This document shows, in pieces, positions 1-8,391 of a DNA stretch of 57,417 nucleotides. Each line of letters begins with the position of its first letter. Position 1 is the stretch's first letter. The stretch is from a virus. The notes under the pieces were generated by a model. It did no database searches. It saw only the letters and a list, made by a program, of their open reading frames with translations, and was not told the origin of the DNA. The stretch lies in the IMG/VR virus record IMGVR_UViG_3300029581_000016. One strand, given 5' to 3'. Position numbers and translations under genes: made by a program.

Positions 1-99
1 TGTATGCACACCATATAAGAAGTTACTTATGAGCCAGTTTTTGTCTAACTCATATTTCACAGTCAGAACATTTGACTTAACAACAGTAGATGGCAGATG
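1..99. repeat. Terminal direct repeat: copy of 57319-57417 (circular closure or assembly overlap)
   Basis: Read directly: the first 99 nt (tgtatgcacacc...ggcagatg) recur exactly as the last 99 nt of the window. Confidence 0.95.
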
Positions 100-514
100 G
101 ACACATACAGACGCAAATGGCGAACCTTGCCCGATATTCGGATTTCTGATTACACACCCAGAAATGGGGAAGATGCTTTACATAACGGATTGTGAAGTTA
201 TTAAGTGGAAATTTAAGGATATAAACCACATTCTTCTCGGTGTGAACTATGACAAGGATTTAGTAGATGCTGACAATCCAAAAGCTAATCACGTTTTCAG
301 AGGTCACTTAAGCATTGATACAGCTTGCGATTTTGTCAAGGCTAATGATTCAGACAGCTTGCAGAATATCATAATGTGCCATTTATCGAGTGAAAATGCT
401 GATAAGGATAGTTTTATTGAGAAAATGAAAAATGCCGTAAATGGGGCGAATGTAGACGTTGCAGAGCAGGGCAAGAGTTGGATTTTAAGGAAAGGAGATG
501 AATGTCCGTTTTAG
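2..514 (+). CDS. MBL-fold metallo-hydrolase, C-terminal part (continues from 57104-57417 across the circular junction)
   Basis: The frame of 57104.. continues into codons starting at base 2. The N-part carries the HSHQDH (HxHxDH) motif. The stop is at 512-514. Confidence 0.75.
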   Translation, partial: VCTPYKKLLMSQFLSNSYFTVRTFDLTTVDGRWTHTDANGEPCPIFGFLITHPEMGKMLYITDCEVIKWKFKDINHILLGVNYDKDLVDADNPKANHVFRGHLSIDTACDFVKANDSDSLQNIIMCHLSSENADKDSFIEKMKNAVNGANVDVAEQGKSWILRKGDECPF

Positions 515-528
515 AAAGGAGAATTGAT

Positions 529-780
529 ATGCGGCTTAAAGATGTTACAGAAAGATTTGATAGTAGCAAATTCTACAAAGGCAAGTACAAAAAGTTTGAG
601 TGCCGTATAAACTATTCTTCTAATGATGATATTTGGTATTATTGCATATCGTCTAATGATGAAAGAGATATAAGGTACAACAGTTTGTGGAATGGCATAA
701 AATTTAAAACACAGGAAGAATGCGTAAATGCTTGTCAGAAATACATTGATGAGGTAAATAAAGGCAGAAAGGAGCAGTAA
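529..780 (+). CDS. hypothetical protein
   Basis: ORF 502-780. The ATG at 529 has a better-spaced RBS (gaaaggagaattgat). Confidence 0.5.
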   Translation: MRLKDVTERFDSSKFYKGKYKKFECRINYSSNDDIWYYCISSNDERDIRYNSLWNGIKFKTQEECVNACQKYIDEVNKGRKEQ

Positions 781-1460
781 TGGAGAGATTAACAAGTAAC
801 AAAGAAGTATCTGATATGTCAATGATTGAACTAGCACATAATAGTTGCTACGCAGATGATAAACGCAACGCAAGGTACAGAGATTATGATTTAGACATTG
901 ACAGCAGACAGCTTGTAAGAAATCTTATGAAAGATATGTGCGATGAAGATTTATCCGATATGTCAGATGAAGAATTTGACGACTATATGAGTGAAATGCT
1001 GTCGGTTGAAGTGGATAGTCAGATAGGACTGTTAGCCTTGTTTTATCGCAATTTATGGGCTATGGCTGATTTAAGAGAAAAGCTCAAAGAATATGAGGAC
1101 TTAGAAGAACAGGGCAGACTTATTATTCCACCTTGTAAAGTGGGAGATACAGTTTATGTAGATAACACAATACTCCCAATAGAGGATATGGAGTGTTACG
1201 AGGACATTGATAATAAGATTCCATTATATTTTCCGGCGCGAGTTGTTTCATTCCGCTTTGCAAAAAGAAACTGGATGAAGATTGCTGTTAAGGCAAAATG
1301 GTTACATGAATGGATTGACGATGAGACCGGACCAGAAAGCGATTACATAGAGTGTGAGAAAAATTTTACAATCTTATTGTCAATGATTGGGAAAACAGTA
1401 TTCCTCACAAAATCCGAAGCCGAAGCAAAACTGAAAGAATTGAGAGGTGAAGCAAAATGA
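780..1460 (+). CDS. hypothetical protein (226 aa, acidic)
   Basis: Long ORF. RBS aaaggag upstream. ATG overlaps the previous stop. Confidence 0.6.
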   Translation: MERLTSNKEVSDMSMIELAHNSCYADDKRNARYRDYDLDIDSRQLVRNLMKDMCDEDLSDMSDEEFDDYMSEMLSVEVDSQIGLLALFYRNLWAMADLREKLKEYEDLEEQGRLIIPPCKVGDTVYVDNTILPIEDMECYEDIDNKIPLYFPARVVSFRFAKRNWMKIAVKAKWLHEWIDDETGPESDYIECEKNFTILLSMIGKTVFLTKSEAEAKLKELRGEAK

Positions 1461-1642
1461 AAACCGTATATCAGATATGCGTTAGCGATGAGGAAGTAGA
1501 TACTATCCATGAATTGTTGAGAGCATTAGATAACTGTCCTATTGACTTAACAGATGATGGCTATGTTGCAATTATGAGAGCTATAGCGTCTGGAGATAAG
1601 GAGACAGACATTGACGGCGTAGGAATTGCTTACGAGGACTGA
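1457..1642 (+). CDS. hypothetical protein (61 aa)
   Basis: ATGA overlap with the upstream gene. RBS gaggtga. Confidence 0.5.
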   Translation: MKTVYQICVSDEEVDTIHELLRALDNCPIDLTDDGYVAIMRAIASGDKETDIDGVGIAYED

Positions 1643-1661
1643 GGAGGGAAAAGTCGAACGA

Positions 1662-1856
1662 ATGAGATGTTGTCGAGACTGCCCTAACAGAGGTTGTGGG
1701 GCTTACCACGATAAATGTGAGAAATACCAGGCGGAAGTGACGAGCAACCGCAAAACTAATGGAGCTCGAATAATTGAGAGTGAAAAGAATAGCATGAGAT
1801 TTTTGTATCGGGAGAACAAGAAACTCATGAGAAAATGGGATAAGCGAAGGAGATAA
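1662..1856 (+). CDS. small Cys-rich protein (CCRDCPNRGCG..C)
   Basis: ORF 1626-1856. First ATG is at 1662. The cysteine cluster suggests zinc binding. Start uncertain. Confidence 0.45.
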   Translation: MRCCRDCPNRGCGAYHDKCEKYQAEVTSNRKTNGARIIESEKNSMRFLYRENKKLMRKWDKRRR

Positions 1857-1860
1857 GACG

Positions 1861-2298
1861 ATGAATAAGGTTATCTTAATGGGAAGATTGACGAGAGACC
1901 CGGAAATCAGGGTAAGCGTTGCGACGAATGTTACAACTGCGAAATTCACACTTGCGGTTGACAGAAAGTACAAGAAGGAGGGCGAACAGCAGACGGCTGA
2001 TTTCATAAACTGTACGGCATTCGGCAAAACTGCAGAAAGCATTGAACGGTATCTTCATCAAGGAACCAAGATTGCAGTTGTCGGACGTATTCAGACTGGA
2101 AGTTACGCTAATAAAGACGGCAATAAGGTGTACACCACAGATGTTGTTGTTGAGGAATACGAGTTTGCGGAGAGTAAGAACGCTAACGGCAGCAGTCCAA
2201 GCCAGTCGGCTTCAAATATGTCTGCCCCGGCAATGGCAAGTGACGGCTTCATGAATTTGCCATTGGGTGTAGAAGATACAGGTTTACCCTTTAACTAA
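1861..2298 (+). CDS. ssb: single-stranded DNA-binding protein
   Basis: N-terminus MNKVILMGRLTRDPE, an OB-fold pattern, a disordered tail and a C-terminal acidic/hydrophobic tip ending ..DTGLPFN. Confidence 0.9.
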   Translation: MNKVILMGRLTRDPEIRVSVATNVTTAKFTLAVDRKYKKEGEQQTADFINCTAFGKTAESIERYLHQGTKIAVVGRIQTGSYANKDGNKVYTTDVVVEEYEFAESKNANGSSPSQSASNMSAPAMASDGFMNLPLGVEDTGLPFN

Positions 2299-2312
2299 GG
2301 AGATGGGGCAGC

Positions 2313-2492
2313 ATGACAAAGCAAAAGAAATGTAGCACATGTAAATACAATTGCCGTTTGAGCTTCGAGGACGGTGATAGGTTCTGCCAGTACATATTGA
2401 TAACCGGGCACAGAAGACCGTGTCCGGTAGGTGATGAATGTACAGTGTACGAGAAAAGCAAGCGACTAAAGGAATACAATTTTGGCGATTGA
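2313..2492 (+). CDS. small Cys-rich protein (59 aa)
   Basis: Not in the ORF track (<60 aa). RBS aaggag. Motifs CSTCKYNC..FCQ..PCPVGDEC. Confidence 0.45.
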   Translation: MTKQKKCSTCKYNCRLSFEDGDRFCQYILITGHRRPCPVGDECTVYEKSKRLKEYNFGD

Positions 2493-2508
2493 ACTAGGAG
2501 GGGATAAT

Positions 2509-2703
2509 TTGGGCATTCTGGAAGCAATTGAAATTCTTCGTGATGAACAAAAACTACTAATAAATGCAATAGCAGTATACAGTAGCGATTACTTGGGATT
2601 GAGTGAAGCAAAGAAAAGAGAGCTTACAATGATAAACAAAAAAAGAATTGAAGCTATTAACATGGCAATTGAAGCACTGGGAGGTAGAGAAGATGAAGCC
2701 TAA
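2509..2703 (+). CDS. hypothetical protein
   Basis: ORF 2482-2703. A TTG at 2509 lies 5 nt after aggagggg. Confidence 0.45.
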   Translation: MGILEAIEILRDEQKLLINAIAVYSSDYLGLSEAKKRELTMINKKRIEAINMAIEALGGREDEA

Positions 2704-2821
2704 GAATGGTAGCATGAGTGCATTTATTTATGGCAAGCCGACAGGCGGTAGCCGTTACGTTGGGAGCAAGAAGAAGCGTAAGACTACAAGGATTAACAAG
2801 AGTAAGAAGGTGGTTTCATGA
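2693..2821 (+). CDS. small basic protein (42 aa)
   Basis: RBS gggagg 8 nt upstream. ATGA overlap with the next gene. Very short, so uncertain. Confidence 0.3.
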   Translation: MKPKNGSMSAFIYGKPTGGSRYVGSKKKRKTTRINKSKKVVS

Positions 2822-3369
2822 AAGAGAGTGAAGCAATTAAGGAATTACAACAATACGTTGGCTTACCGTTTGAAATGGACGTATTAGAAGAAGCGGCAAA
2901 GATGGCAATACAGGTGCTTGAAGAAGTACAACAGTACCGCGCAATCGGCACACCGGAAGAATTACAGGATATGAAAAACAATTATTTTGAAGCATTAAGC
3001 GATTGGCGTCAATATCGCAAGATTGGAACTTTGGAAGAATGCCGGACGGCGAGAGAAAAGCAGATACCGAAGAAACCTAAACATACATATATTAAGCATG
3101 GCAAACACACATGGAAGAAAAATGAAAACGGAGAAATAGACGATTTCGCATGGGATTATGATTACCACAATGGTGTTGTTTGCGAAGTCTGTGGCGAGAT
3201 AGTATGTGTGCATTGCAATCCTGACTACATGGAACTTGACGATTGCGAAGAAGAGCATTGGAGTTGTTCATCTTGTGGGAAAGAGGTATATCGTAACACT
3301 AAATATTGTGATTGTGGTCAAAAATTAGATTGGTCAGAAGAAAGTGAGAAAAACAATGAGACTGATTGA
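2818..3369 (+). CDS. hypothetical protein with C-terminal zinc-ribbon-like CxxC pairs
   Basis: 183-aa ORF. Motifs CEVCGEIVCVHC ... CSSCGK ... CDCG. Confidence 0.6.
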   Translation: MKESEAIKELQQYVGLPFEMDVLEEAAKMAIQVLEEVQQYRAIGTPEELQDMKNNYFEALSDWRQYRKIGTLEECRTAREKQIPKKPKHTYIKHGKHTWKKNENGEIDDFAWDYDYHNGVVCEVCGEIVCVHCNPDYMELDDCEEEHWSCSSCGKEVYRNTKYCDCGQKLDWSEESEKNNETD

Positions 3370-3613
3370 TGCTGATGAACTAAAGAAAAATTTGAAATCG
3401 GTTACTTTAAGCAATGGAACTTTGCTTAATACAAATACAGTATTGCTATTACTGGATAAATATCCAACCGCCTATGATGTAGATAAGGTTGTGGAGCAAT
3501 TAAAAACGGACTCTTTAGTAAAACTATATGGAAGCGGTAACAGTGATAATTATCTCATTCCTGTTAAAAGAGCAATCGAAATAGTAAAGGCAGGTGGAAT
3601 AGATGAACGATAG
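3356..3613 (+). CDS. hypothetical protein
   Basis: ORF 3344-3613. First ATG is at 3356. Confidence 0.5.
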   Translation: MRLIDADELKKNLKSVTLSNGTLLNTNTVLLLLDKYPTAYDVDKVVEQLKTDSLVKLYGSGNSDNYLIPVKRAIEIVKAGGIDER

Positions 3614-4037
3614 ATATTTATTCAAAGCAAAGAGAGTTGATAATGGAGAATGGGTACAAGGCAATCTTATTCAAAGCTGTGATGCAACAGATGGATGGGA
3701 ATCAATTATAATTCCTGCCAAGAATAGTAATATGTTTGCAAAACATATTGGACATGGTTACGGAAATCTTGGATTTGAAAATTGGTACAGAGTTAACCCA
3801 TCTACAATCTGCCGATGCACAGGCTCAAAAGACAAGAACGGTGAGCTGATTTACGAGAATGATATTATGAAAAATAAACATAATTCATACAGAGTTGTTT
3901 GGGATAATGAAGAGGGGTCTTGGATGTTAGAACTTGATTCTGTCTCATTATATGGTCTTGGCGAGGCAAATAGCAAGAAATATGAAGTTATCGGCAACAT
4001 ATTTGACAATCCACAATTATTAGAAAGTGAGGAATAA
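3603..4037 (+). CDS. YopX-family protein
   Basis: Pattern FKAKRVDNGEWVQG...CTGSKDKNGELIYENDI...VIGNIFDNPQLL matches my recollection of the YopX domain. Confidence 0.8.
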   Translation: MNDRYLFKAKRVDNGEWVQGNLIQSCDATDGWESIIIPAKNSNMFAKHIGHGYGNLGFENWYRVNPSTICRCTGSKDKNGELIYENDIMKNKHNSYRVVWDNEEGSWMLELDSVSLYGLGEANSKKYEVIGNIFDNPQLLESEE

Positions 4038-4100
4038 TATGGCAAGAATATTAAGAATAAGTGGATATTTAAAAGCAAAACGAATAGGAGATGAAAGAGA

Positions 4101-4271
4101 ATGGATAATTTAGTCAAGACATTAATTAAAATGCTTAAGGAGAGCAATGCAGGATTTATCTCGGCTAAGGTAGGCGAGTACACGATTATTGTTACGGATG
4201 ACGATGATGGAGCCAAGGCGCTTAATGAAGCTTGGGACAAGTATGCGGAGGCAGGAGAAGATGACAATTGA
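4101..4271 (+). CDS. small acidic protein (56 aa)
   Basis: Below the track cutoff. In-frame ATG..TGA checked by hand. Confidence 0.4.
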   Translation: MDNLVKTLIKMLKESNAGFISAKVGEYTIIVTDDDDGAKALNEAWDKYAEAGEDDN

Positions 4272-4530
4272 TGAGCAGATAGCATTTTGCGAAGAGAAAA
4301 GCAAGAACATCAAGCTCAAAGCGGAGCCGCAGACTTTTGTTGATATTGCAAAGAGTTTAAAACGGCTTAGAGAATACGAGCAAAATGATGGAGTAGTTTT
4401 GCTTAAAGACATTTACAATAAGGCTGTCGATGATACAGTTGAAGCCGTGAAAGAAGCCTATGAGTTTGTCATTATTGAGGAAGAAATTAACGAAATAGGG
4501 GAGAAATTAAAGGTAGGTGGCAATCCTTGA
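4261..4530 (+). CDS. hypothetical protein
   Basis: ORF 4189-4530. The ATG at 4261 overlaps the upstream stop. Start uncertain. Confidence 0.45.
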   Translation: MTIDEQIAFCEEKSKNIKLKAEPQTFVDIAKSLKRLREYEQNDGVVLLKDIYNKAVDDTVEAVKEAYEFVIIEEEINEIGEKLKVGGNP

Positions 4531-4623
4531 ATAATCAGAACATAGCAAGAGCTAAGGTAATTGAGCAGGAGAATAAGAAAAGGCTGTTAAAGGTCAATCC
4601 TAAGTCAAATTAAAAGATACCGC

Positions 4624-4779
4624 CTACTTATCAGCGGTATCCTCTACATAGTTTTGAAGAACAGTAACAATAAGATTGCTTAAACTGCGATTTTGTTTCT
4701 TTGCGAGTTCGGACAACTTCTCTTTGAGGGTTTTATCCATATTCACAAGAACACCTGTTTTATCCTTAGAAACCGCCAT
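4624..4779 (-). CDS. ribbon-helix-helix (CopG/Arc-like) DNA-binding protein, 51 aa
   Basis: The minus-strand ORF reads MAVSKDKTGVLVNMDKTLKEKLSELAKKQNRSLSNLIVTVLQNYV. RBS aaaaggagga. It is divergent from an operator-rich promoter. Confidence 0.65.
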   Translation of the reverse strand: MAVSKDKTGVLVNMDKTLKEKLSELAKKQNRSLSNLIVTVLQNYVEDTADK

Positions 4780-4829
4780 TGACAAATCCTCCTTTTGGGA
4801 GATTGTAACACGCTAAATGGTTATAGTCA

Positions 4830-4884
4830 AGTTATATAACTTTGCATTGACTGTTATATATAAAAGTTATATAATAGTTATATA
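4830..4884 (+). promoter_or_regulatory. Promoter TTGACT(4847-4852)-17-TATAAT(4870-4875) overlaid by four GTTATATA operator half-sites
   Basis: GTTATATA occurs at 4831, 4853, 4866 and 4877. The first copy lies inside the perfect palindrome agttatataact (4830-4841). Confidence 0.6.
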
Positions 4885-4901
4885 GAAACGGAGGCGGAAT
4901 T

Positions 4902-5840
4902 ATGGAAAATAGGATTGATTTAACAGGTCAGAGATTTGGAAGATTGGTTGTTTTGGAAAGAGCAGAAGACCATGTTACAAAAAGCGGAAAGAAAGTTAAG
5001 CGGTGGAATTGCTTATGCGATTGTGGGAATGAAACTATTGTTCGGCACGGAAACTTGAGAAGTGGAAAAACAACCTCCTGCGGTTGCCTTCACAAAGAAA
5101 AAGTGGGAGCAATAAACAGAACTCACGGGCTTTCTACAAAGCACAGTAGATTATATCCTTTATGGAAGAGTATTAAATACAGATGTTACAACAAAAATGC
5201 CAAGAGTTACAAGGATTATGGCGGTAGGGGTATAAAAATGTGTGATGAATGGCTGAATAATCCAAAAACTTTTTGTGATTGGGCAGTTGCTAATGGCTAC
5301 AAAGAAGAAAAGACAGACAGGCATATAAATGTATTGACAATAGACAGGATAGATGTAAATGGTGATTACTGCCCTGAAAATTGTAGGTTTGTTACAAATG
5401 AAGTTCAGGCAAGAAATAAGAGAGATACTATTCCAAATGAAGAAAGATATAGAATTTGCCCTATTTGCGGAAAAGAATATGAAGTTTCATCTAGGAACGG
5501 AGCAAAAACTTGTAGTTATGAATGCGGTTTTAAGTTAAGAGCCAAAACGCACCCAAACGCAAAAGATTACACGAAAATCTGTCCTATATGCGGGGAAAGT
5601 TTTAATGCAAAAAGAGGAGGTCATTTTAATCAAGCGGTATATTGTAGCGCAAAATGTAGAAATATATCAAATTCTCCAATATGGGAATATAACGGAGAAA
5701 AACTCCATGTTGTTGAATGGGCAGAAAGATTAAGGACTACTTCTCATTGTCTATTACATAGAAAGGAATTGGGGTGGGACATTGAAAGAATATTAACTAC
5801 TCCACTAAGAGGTAAAAATAATGGAAAAACCAAGTCATAA
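4902..5840 (+). CDS. phage DNA-binding/endonuclease-associated protein (GRLxV...CxCxCG...SCGC module plus C-terminal zinc ribbons)
   Basis: N-terminal LTGQRFGRLVVL..WNCLCDCGN..SCGC and YGGRGI..DRID..NGDY..ENCRF. I recall this as a common phage HNH/AP2-associated module. The function is not established. Confidence 0.55.
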   Translation: MENRIDLTGQRFGRLVVLERAEDHVTKSGKKVKRWNCLCDCGNETIVRHGNLRSGKTTSCGCLHKEKVGAINRTHGLSTKHSRLYPLWKSIKYRCYNKNAKSYKDYGGRGIKMCDEWLNNPKTFCDWAVANGYKEEKTDRHINVLTIDRIDVNGDYCPENCRFVTNEVQARNKRDTIPNEERYRICPICGKEYEVSSRNGAKTCSYECGFKLRAKTHPNAKDYTKICPICGESFNAKRGGHFNQAVYCSAKCRNISNSPIWEYNGEKLHVVEWAERLRTTSHCLLHRKELGWDIERILTTPLRGKNNGKTKS

Positions 5841-6414
5841 ACAGATATACGCAATTAAGACAGAACGAGAGGGCAGAATTAAAAAAATCTGCCCGAACAT
5901 TCCATATTCAAGCGGTATTTATGTGTTTTATAGGACTGATGAGACACAAATTCGTCGGGCATATTGCGGTCAAGCAATCAATTTGTGTGAGAGATGTGCT
6001 TCTCACTTAGGTGAATACGACCATATCGCATTAAGCCTTAAAAAGCATGGATTTTATAGTGAGAAAAATCCGTATGGTTGGAAACTGGCATTTAAGACTT
6101 GCCCTAAGAGTGAGTTAGACAAAAGAGAGATTGCAACAATTAAGTCATTTGCGGATGATGGCTTCCAGATGTATAACGTGACCGCAGGCAGCCAATCAAT
6201 AGGAAAACTCGTGACAGGGCAATATAAACAGCCTAAGACCTACACACAGGGCGTACAGCAGGGAAGAAAGAACCTTGCAAGGGAATTATCCAATATAGCA
6301 GAAAAGCACCTTAAAATCGAATTGAGAGAAGATAAGGCTAATAATAAGGTGTCGCAGAAACAGTATGAGAAGTTTATGTCTCTTATGAATGGTGGTGAAA
6401 CTGATGGAAATTAG
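5821..6414 (+). CDS. GIY-YIG nuclease domain protein
   Basis: SGIYVFYRT....RRAYCGQAINL fits the GIY...YxGQ core. It is free-standing next to the previous endonuclease-like gene. Confidence 0.65.
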   Translation: MEKPSHKQIYAIKTEREGRIKKICPNIPYSSGIYVFYRTDETQIRRAYCGQAINLCERCASHLGEYDHIALSLKKHGFYSEKNPYGWKLAFKTCPKSELDKREIATIKSFADDGFQMYNVTAGSQSIGKLVTGQYKQPKTYTQGVQQGRKNLARELSNIAEKHLKIELREDKANNKVSQKQYEKFMSLMNGGETDGN

Positions 6415-6847
6415 ACCAATAACCTTTGCAAGTGCTTGTGATTTTATCAATAGAAATCATAGACACCATAGAGCAACGGTCGGCTGTAAATTTTGTCTTT
6501 CATTATATGATGTTGATAAAATGGTTGGCGTGGCTGTCTGCGGAAGACCTGTATCTCGAATGTTAGATGATGGGTATACTTGCGAAATCAATAGAGTATG
6601 CACAGATGGAACTTACAATGCGTGTTCTATGTTATATGGTGCCTGCTGTCGTGTTGCCAAAGAAATGGGGTATAAAAAAGTTATAACCTATATTCTTGAG
6701 TCAGAAAATGGGGCAAGTTTGAAAGCAAGTAATTTTATTTGTGAAGGACTTGCTGGCGGAACGCATTGGACTGGTAGGAGGGACAGGGGGCAGGACATAC
6801 CAAGAGAAAAGAAAACAAGATGGGTGAGAATTTTAAGGAATTATTGA
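6404..6847 (+). CDS. GNAT-like small protein of the XF1762 type (often linked to phage methyltransferases)
   Basis: MEIRPITF..A..FI..NHRHH....G.KF...L......VGVAV.GRPV matches that family from memory. Start is the ATG at 6404. Confidence 0.45.
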   Translation: MEIRPITFASACDFINRNHRHHRATVGCKFCLSLYDVDKMVGVAVCGRPVSRMLDDGYTCEINRVCTDGTYNACSMLYGACCRVAKEMGYKKVITYILESENGASLKASNFICEGLAGGTHWTGRRDRGQDIPREKKTRWVRILRNY

Positions 6848-6861
6848 AAGGGTGAAAGAGA

Positions 6862-7194
6862 ATGAGTGATATTCCTATTGGTGCATACACATTTTCGGAT
6901 TCTTTTTTGAAAAACCTTAAGAAAGTTGAGTTGATAGAGCATTACAGAACATTGGAGAAAAATTGGTTTAATGAAATTAAATCAAGCAATATTCAAATGG
7001 ATAATTCAAAGAAACTGCTTAAAGAAGAATATAACAAGACTGTTGATGATTTGACCGCTAACATCATTGAGCGTTTTTCCGGAATGGCTATGTCAAGCGA
7101 ATTACCAACCGAGGGTGCAACTTGGGAAAATGCCATAAGGCAAGTAAAGCAGATAGCAGAACAGTTGAAAGGAGCGAAGCAGAATGAAGATTGA
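6862..7194 (+). CDS. hypothetical protein (110 aa)
   Basis: Clean ORF with an upstream purine-rich RBS. Confidence 0.55.
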   Translation: MSDIPIGAYTFSDSFLKNLKKVELIEHYRTLEKNWFNEIKSSNIQMDNSKKLLKEEYNKTVDDLTANIIERFSGMAMSSELPTEGATWENAIRQVKQIAEQLKGAKQNED

Positions 7195-7215
7195 CGATTT
7201 TATCGGAGGCGCGGA

Positions 7216-8277
7216 ATGACACAGATGAACCTATTTGACTATTTGCGAGAGCCTATCAGCATAACAAAGCCTATCCGATTGATAGAGTTGTTCGCAGGTT
7301 ACGGAAGTCAGGCTATGGCATTAAAGCGAATAGGTGCAAAATTTGAGCATTATCTTATATGTGAATGGGAAATGCATTCGGTTGCATCTTATAAGGCAAT
7401 TCACATGCCGGACGATAACACTGATTATAGCAATGGAATCGGCTCAGGACAAATAATCGAAAAGTTGACAAAGCTTGGGATATCTGTTGATGGAAAGACA
7501 GCACTTAGTGAAAATCAGATACGCAGCCATTCCTACGGAGAGATGTGGAGAAGGAAGTGTTACAATAACATAAAAGCTACGCATAATTTGGTCAATATAT
7601 GTGCAACTCACGGAAATGATTTAAAAATAGTTGATACGGAACACTTTACTTACTTACTTACTTATTCATTTCCTTGCACCGATTTATCAGTTGCGGGAAA
7701 GCAAATGGGAATGAGTAAAGGTAGTGGTACAAGAAGTGGTTTGCTATGGGAAGTTGAGAGGATTTTAACCGAAATCAGGGATAGTAACGGAGAACTGCCA
7801 CAGATACTGTTTATGGAAAATGTACCACAAGTCCATAGTCAAGACAATATGCCCGACTTTAGAAAGTGGTTAGACTTCCTTGAAAGTTTGGGATATGTGA
7901 ATTACTGGCAAGACTTGAACGCTAAGAATTATGGGGTTGCACAGAACAGAGAAAGATGTTTTATGTTCTCGTTCTTAGGAGAATATAATTACAAGTTCCC
8001 TAACCCTATACCACTCACAAAGCGGTTAAAGGACTACTTAGAGGAAGATGTGGACGAGAAATACTACATTAACAATGAAAAAGCGCAGAAGCTTATTCAG
8101 ACACTTATTGACAACGGAACATTGCCAGATACAATCCCTAAGAGCGAGCAGACTTGCGTTGACGGAACAATCTGTGAACCGGGAAGAAGAGAAATCGCAA
8201 ACTGTATCAAGGCAAAATATGACGCAGGAATCAGCAATTTGCGGTCTGACGGAAACTGTGTTGTTGAAAGCAGTTGA
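7216..8277 (+). CDS. DNA (cytosine-5) methyltransferase, N-terminal part (motifs I-VIII plus a first TRD-like segment)
   Basis: LFAGYGS (motif I), SFPCTDLSVAG (PC motif IV), MENVPQV (VI), AQNRERCF (VIII). It stops before motifs IX and X. Confidence 0.85.
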   Translation: MTQMNLFDYLREPISITKPIRLIELFAGYGSQAMALKRIGAKFEHYLICEWEMHSVASYKAIHMPDDNTDYSNGIGSGQIIEKLTKLGISVDGKTALSENQIRSHSYGEMWRRKCYNNIKATHNLVNICATHGNDLKIVDTEHFTYLLTYSFPCTDLSVAGKQMGMSKGSGTRSGLLWEVERILTEIRDSNGELPQILFMENVPQVHSQDNMPDFRKWLDFLESLGYVNYWQDLNAKNYGVAQNRERCFMFSFLGEYNYKFPNPIPLTKRLKDYLEEDVDEKYYINNEKAQKLIQTLIDNGTLPDTIPKSEQTCVDGTICEPGRREIANCIKAKYDAGISNLRSDGNCVVESS

Positions 8278-8391
8278 TTTATCAATTAACAATCCAAAAG
8301 AAAAGATTATTTCTAATTGCATTTTGTCTCATATTTCAAAAGATGGAAATGCAATAGGGAAATATGCATCATTAAATACAGGAGTGGTTGA

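Noticed and set aside
7646-7665. (TTAC)x4 plus TTAT simple repeat inside the methyltransferase gene, as a possible phase-variation tract.
   Set aside because: There are only about 4.5 units, and the tract encodes the conserved YLLTYSFPC lead-in to the PC motif. It is too short to argue for slipped-strand switching.
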